Shown here: in pieces, positions 9,165 to 18,119 of the stretch
How positions within the stretch are numbered: position 1 is the first letter of the stretch
Layout of the letters: every line of letters starts with the position of its first letter
Assembly: GCA_038883795.1 (NCBI GenBank)
Contig: JAVZLK010000007.1
Location: forward strand, 1-64,000
Length of the DNA: 64,000 bases
Source: Candidatus Bathyarchaeia archaeon
GTDB taxonomy: Archaea > Thermoproteota > Bathyarchaeia > Bathyarchaeales > Bathycorpusculaceae
Reading direction: 5' to 3'
Made by a program: the position numbers and the translations under genes
The notes under the pieces: model-generated
Database searches by the model: none
The model's input: only the letters and a program-made list of their open reading frames with translations
Told to the model about the DNA's origin: nothing

Positions 9165-10775
9165 TTACTCCTTGTAAATCAAGTAGTACCGCAATATTAG
9201 CGTAGGATCCAACACTGTACCACGCACATTAGGCCAGAAGACGGCGAAAAGTTTTCCTTGGAAGAGAGGAATAACTGGGGCATCTTCAGCCATAAGCGCT
9301 TGGACCCCTTCGTAAAGCTCTGTTCTTCTTGTAATGTTAACTTCGCTTCTCGCTTCATCAAGCAACTCGTCCATCTGAGTGTTATTGTAAAATACACCCA
9401 TTTCCGGCGACCATTCTGAGTGCAAGAAAACTGTTGTATAGTCGTCTGGGTCAATGTAGTCTGGATACCATCCTAAGAGGAATATTGGCATGACACCTGC
9501 TATTATGTATTGACCGGCGTAGGTAGTCCATTCGGCGCTTTTCAGTGTTACTATTACCATTCCAGTCTCTTCGAGGCTTTCCTTAATTGCTAGGGCAACG
9601 CCTGCTTCGAGGTCTCCATAATGTGTTGGCGTGTACCATAATTCGCATTGAAACTTGTTTGTTTCGTTGTATCCAGCAGCTTTCAAATATTCTTGTGCCA
9701 AAGTTATGTTGTGCTCTCCGTACTCTTCTAAGAAAGCATCGGTATGACTCCACATACCCATAGGAATCATGCTATAAAGCGGCTCAACCGTTCCATGGTA
9801 AATGTTCTCACAAATCTTCTCTCGGTCTACGGCAGCAGCAACCGCCCGTCTCAAATTCACATCGTCGAATGGTGTCATGTTGCAGCGGCAAACTATATAT
9901 CTAATGTATGGTCCAGGCACCTCTTGCACTGTTAAGACACCTCTAGCCTTCAAGTCAATAATGTCCGATGGCTTCAGAGTTCTCCATGCTATGTCAATTT
10001 CTCCAGTCTCAACGGCTAGCCGTAGGGTGGTTGCGTCTTTGTAGAATTTAATTATGAATTGTGGCGTTTTCGGTTGTGCGCCATAATAATCAGGGTTTGC
10101 CTCCAAGTCTAATTCCACATCCCTAATCCACTTCTTAATCTTGTAAGGTCCATAATGCCCAACCGTTGGTTCGGCTGTTTGATTTACCGGATAAGACGCG
10201 GAACTAACGGGGAAGTATGGTGGTGTTGCAACGAGAGCCGGGAAGAATGAAACAGCATTTTTCAGAACGAATCTTACAGTGTATGTATCTATAACCTCTA
10301 CCCGAGAAACGAAAGCTTTGACCAGCCAAGATGGATCAAGACTAAGACTCATGACACGATCTATTGACCATTTAACTGCTGTGGCGTTTAGCGGCTGTCC
10401 ATCTGTGAATTTTAACCCCTCTCTAAGTCTAAAAGTGTAGTTGAGCCCATCTGTGCTAACATTATAATATTGAGCTATTCCCATTTCCAGCTCTGTTGTT
10501 CCAGGCACATACTTCAATAATCCTTCTCCAATGTTGTTAAAAATCTCCCATGTATAAAAGTCATAGCACTTTGCAGGATCTAAAACTGTAATTTTATCAG
10601 TCGTACCAAGCACTAAAGGTTTCTTTGCAAAAGCTACTCCAAGGGCCTCTTCCAAACTTGCTACTCTAGAACTTAGATTCGCAATTTGGGTTGCAATTTG
10701 ATAGAGGCCGCCTCCGGAAACTATAAGGGTGGCAATCAATAAAACAGCGAGAAGAACTTCCATTTTTGTTGCCAT
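9165..10775 (-). CDS. Peptide ABC transporter substrate-binding protein (family 5)
   Basis: N-terminal membrane anchor, LDPA, YTFRLREGLKFTDG, GPYKI, GWYPDYIDPD. Confidence 0.92.
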   Translation of the reverse strand: MATKMEVLLAVLLIATLIVSGGGLYQIATQIANLSSRVASLEEALGVAFAKKPLVLGTTDKITVLDPAKCYDFYTWEIFNNIGEGLLKYVPGTTELEMGIAQYYNVSTDGLNYTFRLREGLKFTDGQPLNATAVKWSIDRVMSLSLDPSWLVKAFVSRVEVIDTYTVRFVLKNAVSFFPALVATPPYFPVSSASYPVNQTAEPTVGHYGPYKIKKWIRDVELDLEANPDYYGAQPKTPQFIIKFYKDATTLRLAVETGEIDIAWRTLKPSDIIDLKARGVLTVQEVPGPYIRYIVCRCNMTPFDDVNLRRAVAAAVDREKICENIYHGTVEPLYSMIPMGMWSHTDAFLEEYGEHNITLAQEYLKAAGYNETNKFQCELWYTPTHYGDLEAGVALAIKESLEETGMVIVTLKSAEWTTYAGQYIIAGVMPIFLLGWYPDYIDPDDYTTVFLHSEWSPEMGVFYNNTQMDELLDEARSEVNITRRTELYEGVQALMAEDAPVIPLFQGKLFAVFWPNVRGTVLDPTLILRYYLIYKE

Positions 10776-10890
10776 ATTTAACCCCTAATCTTCAAGTGTT
10801 GTGCTGATGATTCTTATATAAATTTTGCTAATATACAGCAAATCCTTTAGGCTTACTCCATTTTCCAGTGCAAAAATTTCATTCTTATGC

Positions 10891-10929
10891 CCATTAAATC
10901 TAAATGATTCATAAACCATTAAATCTAAA
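10891..10929. repeat. 14-bp direct repeat CCATTAAATCTAAA x2 upstream of the peptide ABC operon
   Basis: Copies at 10891-10904 and 10916-10929 (25-bp period). Confidence 0.7.
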
Positions 10930-11238
10930 CAACATTTATCTTGTTTCTTTACGTTCACGAAGCCAAAGAGCTCCACCTATTACAACGAAGGCTATTGTTG
11001 TCCAAAAGAGGAATATTAACATTTTAACAGCGTCTGAAGCCATCTCCTCAAACATTTCCTAAGCCTTCTCAACTATAATTGCCCTTTAAAGGCTAAAAAC
11101 AAAGTTTCCACCATCGAAATAAGCCAGTTAACAAGCATATTTTAAATGGGGATATATGCCAACATGAATAGCAAGCGTTTTATAAAGAAAACGCCTATAA
11201 AATCTCAACCCGAAAAAGGAGAAAGGGGAAGGCTTCCA

Positions 11239-13062
11239 TCATCCTTTTCGGATTTTACGCAAATCGTAACAATAATACCAAGCAGTCCAACCAGAATGAA
11301 AAGCCTCTTCGCCCTTTTTCCTTCTTCTCCTAAGATAAAGCCAAATCAGCAGCAATAAGATTATCAAAATTAAAAGCAGCAAAAGCCACCAGAGCCAATC
11401 GGGAACAAACCAGCCAGCTGCAACTTTAGTGTAGTAGGCTGTGACTGTATGGGGCGCATCCATATGGACTGTGATGGAATAGCCACCGTCCATTACGTGA
11501 TTATCCACTTCCCATCGATGAAAGGAGTAGTCGTTTATAGCCTGAGCTAAAATGGTAACGTTGGTAGAGGCATCGTACCACCAGCCATCTGCGGGTCCTG
11601 CTTCGCCTTCAGGGTTTCTTATTGGTTGCAGACTTAAATCTGCTGGTTCAGTTCTTACAGTCAAAAGATACTGTGTTTTATAATTTGCAGTTATGTCCTT
11701 AGCTGTATTCATTATAATTGGATTTGGACGATTAGAACCAGAAATGCCGCCGGACCAATACGAAAACATGAATCGCTTTGAAACATTAGTTATTGGGCTT
11801 TCAACATCAAGTAGAATTAAATCGTCCTCGTCAAACCATCTGACGCAGGGATTTACATACGAGGCTGTTCCCAATAAAGTTGAACCATTATAGATTTTAG
11901 CATATCCGGTGTCAAGTCCGCTTATTCTAATAGTTAGTTGATATTGAAGGATATAGTGGGCTGTAACGGTGTGATTTGCGTCCATAGTGACCGTTATTAA
12001 AACTTCTAAAAATGGTGTCCCATCCACATCCCAGTAAAAGAATCTATAACGAGCATCTGCAGCTACATTAACATATTGAGGTGCAACTAAAGATACTTTA
12101 ACACCTTCATCATACCATTCTTCTCCGGGAATGCTGGTAAGACCCACAGGATCAGTTCGCACAGTTAAGTAATAGCGTTTCACGAGGAATGGAACTATTT
12201 CAAATGTTGATGTGATTTGAGGGCTATATGGTATTCCCCCCTCTTTGGGAGGGGCGGTATAAATGATCGCTGACACTGTCGCATTCCCTAGAAACGCGTT
12301 ATGAGGCACTTTTGAGGAAACATTTAATCGGCTTTCTCCAAGCATTATTTCCAAGTAGTCCAATTCTATAAACATGATGGGATAACTTGCTGAATCATAC
12401 GCAGCAATCACTAATGTCGCTGATTTAGGAGTTAACGCAATATTCTTAATTATTAAATCAAAAATCATCTCTTCTCCTTTTGAAAATTTCTTTTGAGGTT
12501 CCCAGTTAAAGTTCAAAGTTGTTATATCAGTTATTTGAACTATCCAGCCTACTTGAAAAGTTAAAGTATCTACAACAACCTTCTCCGCTACGTCCACTGT
12601 TGCTATTGCAAACCATTCCCCAAATATGATTTCTTCAGCATTTTTTTCAGGCCAAGGAATTCTAAACGAAAAAGCGGCTACTCCACTTTGATCTGTGGAG
12701 TTAACGCCAATAATTGTCATATTCTGAATAGCGTTAGTTGGATTATTTACTTGAAAAGCTACAAGTTTGTTTGCAACAGGAGCCTCATTATATGTCACCA
12801 ATGCATATAAAATAACTAACTCTTGCGGTTGAAAAGCATCACTTGACTGGTTTATCCCCTTTCCATCAAATGGTGCCTTTTGCGTAAAAAGATCAATTTT
12901 TCTAGGCGTAGTTTCTGAAAAAACAATTTTCATATCTGTCCGTATAAAACTCGAAAATAAAAGTATAAGAGCAAGTGCTAGAGTAAGCCTTCTCAATTTC
13001 GTTTTCATTGTTATCAAGCTTTTATTAAATGCTAAATTCTTTAACAAATATTCCGTAATCAT
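11239..13062 (-). CDS. Cell-surface protein with Ig-like domains, about three beta-repeat modules and a C-terminal TM anchor
   Basis: Signal-like N-terminus; repeats YxLTVRT..GxxWYD..FxxWxVD..ITVxMDxxHTVTAxY; C-terminal WWLLLLL...RRRRKK. Confidence 0.8.
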   Translation of the reverse strand: MITEYLLKNLAFNKSLITMKTKLRRLTLALALILLFSSFIRTDMKIVFSETTPRKIDLFTQKAPFDGKGINQSSDAFQPQELVILYALVTYNEAPVANKLVAFQVNNPTNAIQNMTIIGVNSTDQSGVAAFSFRIPWPEKNAEEIIFGEWFAIATVDVAEKVVVDTLTFQVGWIVQITDITTLNFNWEPQKKFSKGEEMIFDLIIKNIALTPKSATLVIAAYDSASYPIMFIELDYLEIMLGESRLNVSSKVPHNAFLGNATVSAIIYTAPPKEGGIPYSPQITSTFEIVPFLVKRYYLTVRTDPVGLTSIPGEEWYDEGVKVSLVAPQYVNVAADARYRFFYWDVDGTPFLEVLITVTMDANHTVTAHYILQYQLTIRISGLDTGYAKIYNGSTLLGTASYVNPCVRWFDEDDLILLDVESPITNVSKRFMFSYWSGGISGSNRPNPIIMNTAKDITANYKTQYLLTVRTEPADLSLQPIRNPEGEAGPADGWWYDASTNVTILAQAINDYSFHRWEVDNHVMDGGYSITVHMDAPHTVTAYYTKVAAGWFVPDWLWWLLLLLILIILLLLIWLYLRRRRKKGEEAFHSGWTAWYYCYDLRKIRKG

Positions 13063-13147
13063 GAATATTACTATAAAGGATGCGCTTCTTAGGCATACTA
13101 ATTTGCAATTTTTATAAGAAAATGTTAAAAAGAACTAAAGATTTTAG

Positions 13148-13242
13148 CGGGCCCGACGGGAATTGAACCCGTGACCCCCGGGTTTCTTTGCGTTTTATTG
13201 GCTTAAAAGCCCGGTGCTCTATCCTTACTGAGCTACGGGCCC
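13148..13242 (-). tRNA. tRNA-Lys(TTT) with a 20-nt intron at 37/38 (13184-13203)
   Basis: GGGCCCG/CGGGCCC-G acceptor, CCGGG-CTTTTA/A-CCCGG anticodon arm, BHB helix CUUU/AAAG, GGTTCAATTCC. Confidence 0.93.
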
Positions 13243-13317
13243 TTCTGGGTTTTCGCTTTTAGAAGTTTTAGAAGATGTTTTTTAGTATTTCGATTATATA
13301 GCTTTATTATTAAAAGT

Positions 13318-13689
13318 TTATGGGGTGGATTGGACTTTTAGGAGGCTTGTTATGAAATTTTTTATTTTGTCGTTGGCGCTCAATATTGTTTCTATTGTTT
13401 TTCTGCCTTTTTCTGTGAGTTGGTAGACTCTTTTCCTTTCGTTCCATGTTCCCTCAATTAGACCGTTCCTTTCAAGTGAATATAGAAGCGAGTAAACTGT
13501 TCCTGAGCTTACGAGAAGATGAAATTTGTTGTGGATGAAGGAGATTACGTCGTAGCCGCTTAGGGGTCCGTTTCTTAGTTCTGCAAGAATTATTATGTCC
13601 ATAAAATTTTTGATTATGCGCTCGTGCATTTTCTTTAATATTTTTCCTTCCAATCTTTCACCGCCAACGATTATTGTGAGCGCCGTCAT
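13318..13689 (-). CDS. PadR-family transcriptional regulator
   Basis: LSGYDVI, SSGTVYSLLYSLERNGLI, RVYQLTEKG. Confidence 0.9.
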   Translation of the reverse strand: MTALTIIVGGERLEGKILKKMHERIIKNFMDIIILAELRNGPLSGYDVISFIHNKFHLLVSSGTVYSLLYSLERNGLIEGTWNERKRVYQLTEKGRKTIETILSANDKIKNFITSLLKVQSTP

Positions 13690-13739
13690 ATCTGTTCACA
13701 TTTTAAGATTTTAGGTTAGATATAAATATTTAAATTTTA

Positions 13740-13810
13740 TTCTAATTCCGAATTAGAAGTTGAAACAGATTGTAATAAGTTTATACTTTTCAACTTTATA
13801 AGTTGGAAAA
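13740..13810. promoter_or_regulatory. Two palindromic candidate operators between padR and the cdvA-like gene
   Basis: Perfect TTCTAATTC-C-GAATTAGAA (13740-13758); near-perfect TTTTCAACTT-TAT-AAGTTGGAAA (~13787-13809). Confidence 0.55.
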
Positions 13811-14001
13811 TAATTCTATTACAGAAAGGCTTTGATGAATTAAATGTTTCAACGTTTAATTATATAATAAGCTGGTCGCATTTCCAATTTTTAAAGATAA
13901 TTTCCCATTTAACGGCTAAAGGCATCCGCTTTTAACAGCCCCAAATATATCTGCATGTTAAAAAATGTTATTTTTCTTTAAAGGCATAAAATTGCCGGTG
14001 T

Positions 14002-14589
14002 TTGAAATTGATTTCGTGGAAGCACTCTTTTAAGCGGTTAAACGAAGAGTACGAGATAGCGAAGAAAAAGAAGCAAGTTTTGGACAGTTTGTTGGAGAAT
14101 GGCAGAATTTCGCAGTCCACACATGAAATGTTTGACAAAGAGATAACTGAGGCTATTGCAGAGATTGAGAGGCAAAAGAAGGATTTGCTGGAGAAAATGA
14201 ATATGAAGGTTAAGGAGCTTGAAAGCCAAATTAAAACTTTGGAGGTTTTGATTGCAAACTACGAGATTCAGCATGTCACAGGCGAAGTGGAAGAGGAAAC
14301 GTATCAGCGGGAGATAAACCTATTATCAGTTGGGCTTGATACTGCAAGGAAAGAGTTGGACGCCATTAAAGAAGCCCTAAATCAGCTTTCAGGCACTGCA
14401 CAAATCCAAACCGCTGATGTAGCTCCGCAACAAGAAATTAAACCGCAAATCCAAGAGACAGAAGTTGATGTAGCAAAAGTGGAAGTTGTGGAAATTAAGG
14501 AAGCAATTCCTCAGACTTCACAAGAGCAAATTCAAGAAAAACCACAAGTAACAGAAGAAGCGCCACTAATAGAAAAGACAGAAAACTAA
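14002..14589 (+). CDS. CdvA-like coiled-coil protein lacking the N-terminal PRC barrel
   Basis: KKQVLDSLLENGRISQSTHE and YEIQHVTGEVEEETYQ align by eye with KNQALKELLEKKKISSELYE and LELEHEIGKVDDQSYE of CdvA at 37627-38358. Confidence 0.72.
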   Translation: MKLISWKHSFKRLNEEYEIAKKKKQVLDSLLENGRISQSTHEMFDKEITEAIAEIERQKKDLLEKMNMKVKELESQIKTLEVLIANYEIQHVTGEVEEETYQREINLLSVGLDTARKELDAIKEALNQLSGTAQIQTADVAPQQEIKPQIQETEVDVAKVEVVEIKEAIPQTSQEQIQEKPQVTEEAPLIEKTEN

Positions 14590-14662
14590 AGAAGCATAAT
14601 ATTTTCCCTTTTTCTGTTTACAAACTCTTATAATAAACATTTCTTACCTTCTTTGAGGAGAG

Positions 14663-15742
14663 ATGCGAATGTCTGAGAAGGTGATTATGACTTTCCATGA
14701 GAAGTTTAGGCAATATGACTTAGGCGAAGGACACCCCTTTAGAGGGGACAGATTCATAAATGCCATGAGATTTTTTGAATCCCAAGGACTATTCAGCCTT
14801 TCTAAAATAGTCCTCACCCAACCTCATCCGGCATCTAGGGAAGACTTGCTAAGGGTTCACGATGAAAGTTATGTTGACTTAATTTTCCGCTTGGCAAAGG
14901 AAGGAAAATCCTATGATATGGAGACTCCTGTTTCTCCAGAAATTCTTGAGGCTGCATTGTTGATTGTTGGTGGTGCGCTAGAGTGTGGTAAGGCTGTTTT
15001 TGAAGGAAATGCGGGGCGGGCGATTTCTATTGGTGGGGGTTATCATCATGCGGGAAGAAATTATGGCGGTGGATTCTGCCTGTTTAATGACATAGCGGTC
15101 TTGGTTGAATATTTGCGAATTAAACATAGCGTCAAACGTTTTCTTATTTTGGATTACGATGTCCACTTTGGGAATGGCACAAGCGACATTTACTATCGAG
15201 ATCCAAGCGTGCTCTACATATCTTTACATCAAGACCCACGAACAATTTATCCTGGAACAGGATTTGTTTGGCAAATTGGAGAAAGCGAAGGAGAAGGCTA
15301 CAATGTCAATGTGCCCTTACCTCCAGGAACAAGCGATGAAACTTATCTTTACGTTTTAAGGGAGACTTTTGTTCCGTTGGCTGAAGAGTTTAAACCCGAA
15401 ATAATTATTGCAAATGGCGGAAGCGATTCGCATTTTGCAGATATGCTTGGCGATTTAAGTTTGACTGTTAAAGGCTTTTTCGAGATTGCCCGTTTAATTC
15501 GTGAAACTGCTGAAAAAGTTTGTAATGGAAAGCTTGTTTTAATGCCTGGAAGCGGGTATAACCCAAAAGTTTTGCCACTCTGCTGGTATGCGCTCATTGC
15601 TGGAATAATTGGTTTGGAAGAAATCAACGTTAAAGACCCTTACAATCCGCCAGAAGAACCGCCCTATTGCCGAAAGAAAGTTGAGAACATGATTGGAGAG
15701 CTAAAAGAGTTGTTAAAGAAAAAGTGGACATGCTTTAGATAA
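14663..15742 (+). CDS. Histone deacetylase family protein (AcuC-like)
   Basis: GHPF, GGGYHHA, GFCLFND, DYDVHFGNGT, SLHQ, YPGTG, GSDSH. Confidence 0.93.
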   Translation: MRMSEKVIMTFHEKFRQYDLGEGHPFRGDRFINAMRFFESQGLFSLSKIVLTQPHPASREDLLRVHDESYVDLIFRLAKEGKSYDMETPVSPEILEAALLIVGGALECGKAVFEGNAGRAISIGGGYHHAGRNYGGGFCLFNDIAVLVEYLRIKHSVKRFLILDYDVHFGNGTSDIYYRDPSVLYISLHQDPRTIYPGTGFVWQIGESEGEGYNVNVPLPPGTSDETYLYVLRETFVPLAEEFKPEIIIANGGSDSHFADMLGDLSLTVKGFFEIARLIRETAEKVCNGKLVLMPGSGYNPKVLPLCWYALIAGIIGLEEINVKDPYNPPEEPPYCRKKVENMIGELKELLKKKWTCFR

Positions 15743-15744
15743 AG

Positions 15745-16095
15745 CTAAACTTTTCTTTCAATTGGTTTTGCGATAACTGCTGTTCCATACGCTGCGAAAA
15801 CCGTGGCTGTTCCTTGAAGTATGTCACTTGTTTCAAAATCCACACCAATAACAGCGTTTGCGCCTATTTTCTTGGCATTTTCAATAAGCCTATTCAAAGA
15901 TTCCCTTCTTGCTTTTTCACATTCTGAAGTGTAAGCGGTTACTTCTCCCCCGAAAATTCCTTCAATGCCAGCAACTATTTTTCCGCCAACTCCTCTAGTG
16001 CGTACCGTCAATCCATGAATTGTGCCTAAAACCTTTACTATTTCGTATCCTGGTAATTCTGGTGTTGTTACAACAATTATTTCTTTTTCACTCAT
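15745..16095 (-). CDS. YbjQ/UPF0145 family protein
   Basis: VTTPELPGYEI, GGEVTAY, GANAVIGV, AYGTAV. Confidence 0.9.
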   Translation of the reverse strand: MSEKEIIVVTTPELPGYEIVKVLGTIHGLTVRTRGVGGKIVAGIEGIFGGEVTAYTSECEKARRESLNRLIENAKKIGANAVIGVDFETSDILQGTATVFAAYGTAVIAKPIERKV

Positions 16096-16168
16096 ATTGT
16101 TAACCCAGAGAATTTTAATACTTAAAACTATTTAATTTGATTCCTCATCAGCATAGGAAGTAAGCTTT

Positions 16169-17293
16169 ATGGAAAACATTGATAGGATCCGTGAACAGTT
16201 CCCCATAACCAAAAATAAAGTTTTCTTAAACCATGCTGCACAATCTCCCTTTCCGAAACCTGTTGCAGACGCTGTTTGCAGGTATGCTGAAGATTTCTCG
16301 AATTTCGGAGACACTTTGATTGAATGGAACGATGGTGGAAAACCATTATTTGCAAAGTTGATTGGCGCGAAACCGAAAGAAATAGCCTTCATCGAGAACA
16401 CTTCTGTGGGCATGAATATTGCCGCTAATGTACTTCACTATCCGCCGGGGTCAAAAATTGTCACAACAGATTTGGAGTATCCCTCTGTGGTTTATCCTTG
16501 GCTTCGCAAAAGCTTAGGCGTTAAAGTTCATTACCTTAAAAATGTTAATGGCAAAATTTTGCTTGAGGATTTTGAGAAGGTTGTTGACGACAAGACAGTG
16601 GCAGTTGCAGTAAGCCACGTTGAATACGTTAATGGTTTTCGAAATAATTTGCGAGCCATAAGCGAAATAGCCCATAAACATGGAGCTTACCTAATTGTTG
16701 ACGCAATACAGTCCGCAGGAGCCATACCAATAGACGTTAAAAAGGATAATGTGGATTTTTTGGCAACAGCATGCTATAAATGGCTTTTAAGCCCGCCTGG
16801 AGCTGGCTACATGTACGTGAAAGAGGAGCTTATTGAAAGGTTTGAGCCGCCCTTTGTTGGTTGGGCAAGTGTAAAACCAGAAGTGTTTGAAACAATAGAT
16901 TTTTGGGACATTTATAGCTTGAGGCTTTCGGAAAACGCAAGTCGCTTCGAAGTTGGCTCCCCAAGCTTCATAAGTTTAGTAGGTGCAGCCGAAGCTTTGA
17001 AATTGCTGTTGAGTTTTGGCATAGAAAACATTGAAAAGAGAATACTTGAACTGACGGATTATTTGATAGAGAGAATTAAAAGTTTAGGTTTAGAACTATT
17101 CACTCCAGAAGAGCGACAATATCGTTCTGGCATAGTCCTATTTAGAATACACAAACCTCAAGAATTTGTTGCCAAACTGCGCCAAAAAGGCATTGTTGTT
17201 TCTGCCAGAGCTCATGGAATAAGGGTTTCACCTCACTTTTACAATACGGAAGACGAAATTGATAAGTTTATTGAAGAAGTTAAGAAATGGTAA
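16169..17293 (+). CDS. Class V PLP-dependent aminotransferase (cysteine desulfurase-like fold)
   Basis: FLNHAA, VDAIQSAG, YKWLLSPPGAG, FEVGS, RVSPHFYN. Confidence 0.9.
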   Translation: MENIDRIREQFPITKNKVFLNHAAQSPFPKPVADAVCRYAEDFSNFGDTLIEWNDGGKPLFAKLIGAKPKEIAFIENTSVGMNIAANVLHYPPGSKIVTTDLEYPSVVYPWLRKSLGVKVHYLKNVNGKILLEDFEKVVDDKTVAVAVSHVEYVNGFRNNLRAISEIAHKHGAYLIVDAIQSAGAIPIDVKKDNVDFLATACYKWLLSPPGAGYMYVKEELIERFEPPFVGWASVKPEVFETIDFWDIYSLRLSENASRFEVGSPSFISLVGAAEALKLLLSFGIENIEKRILELTDYLIERIKSLGLELFTPEERQYRSGIVLFRIHKPQEFVAKLRQKGIVVSARAHGIRVSPHFYNTEDEIDKFIEEVKKW

Positions 17294-17312
17294 GCGTGCG
17301 AGACAGCAAAGG

Positions 17313-18112
17313 ATGAAATTGATGCTTAGGATAGAAAAGGTTAATGAAGGCAATAAGCAGAAGATTATAAATTTTCTAAAAAGGAACGTTATAAAGCATG
17401 TTTTTGCCGTATATGACCTTCAATATGACCCAATCCATACGATTATGTATGCAGCCCTTGAAAACAGCATATTGAAGGGATACATTCTCGTTACACAGCG
17501 CTGCAGTTTCCAAGCGTTATTTTAGAATGCGAAAAAGACCTTGCAGCGCAGCTCTTGAAATATGCTCCAGAAAACCACTTTATACTTCATGCGTCACCAG
17601 AAAACCTTCCGATAATTAAAGGCAAGTTGGGAGACGCAAAAACTTACGTTGAAAATTGGATGCTTGTCAAAAGGGGGCAAGCAAACTTTTTCAGGTCAAA
17701 TATGGTGCGTAAGTTATCTTCTGAGGTTGACGCCCAAAAACTCTTCACTCTTCTTTCAAGCCGTGAAGACCGCAGAGCAGGCACCGTGGAAAGCAGCTTA
17801 GAACTAATACGTAAAATGCCAACATACGGAGTTTTTATAAAAGGCGAATTGGTCTCATATGCAAGCTCTTTTCTGCAGCTCCCAGAAGTTTGGATGATAG
17901 GTGGAGTTTACACGCATCCAAATCATAGGAATAAGGGATATGCAACATTAGCCACATCGGCGGTAACCAAAGAAGCATTAAAAAATGCGGATTCAGCCGC
18001 CCTATTTGTGAGGTCTGATAATTATCCAGCCATTAAAGTCTATGAGAAAATTGGTTATCAGAAAATAGGCGAAAAACTTTGGGTTGATGTAGGAACTGGG
18101 CTGAAACCATAA
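17313..18112 (+). pseudogene. GNAT acetyltransferase split by a 1-nt frameshift near 17491
   Basis: Adding one T to CTCGTTACACA gives continuous KGYILVYTALQFPSVILECEKDLAAQLLKYAPE, joining ORFs 17259-17525 and 17555-18112. GNAT motifs VYTHPNHRNKGYA and NYPAIKVYEKIGY. Confidence 0.75.
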
Positions 18113-18119
18113 AAAGGCG

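Noticed and set aside
10785-11358. Short ORFs 10785-10976 and 11146-11358
   Set aside because: No motifs; one overlaps the promoter/repeat region and the other is antisense to the surface-protein gene
13740-13860. GTTGAAAC copies as a degenerate CRISPR array
   Set aside because: Only 8-9 bp match, orientations are mixed, there is no regular spacing and no cas genes
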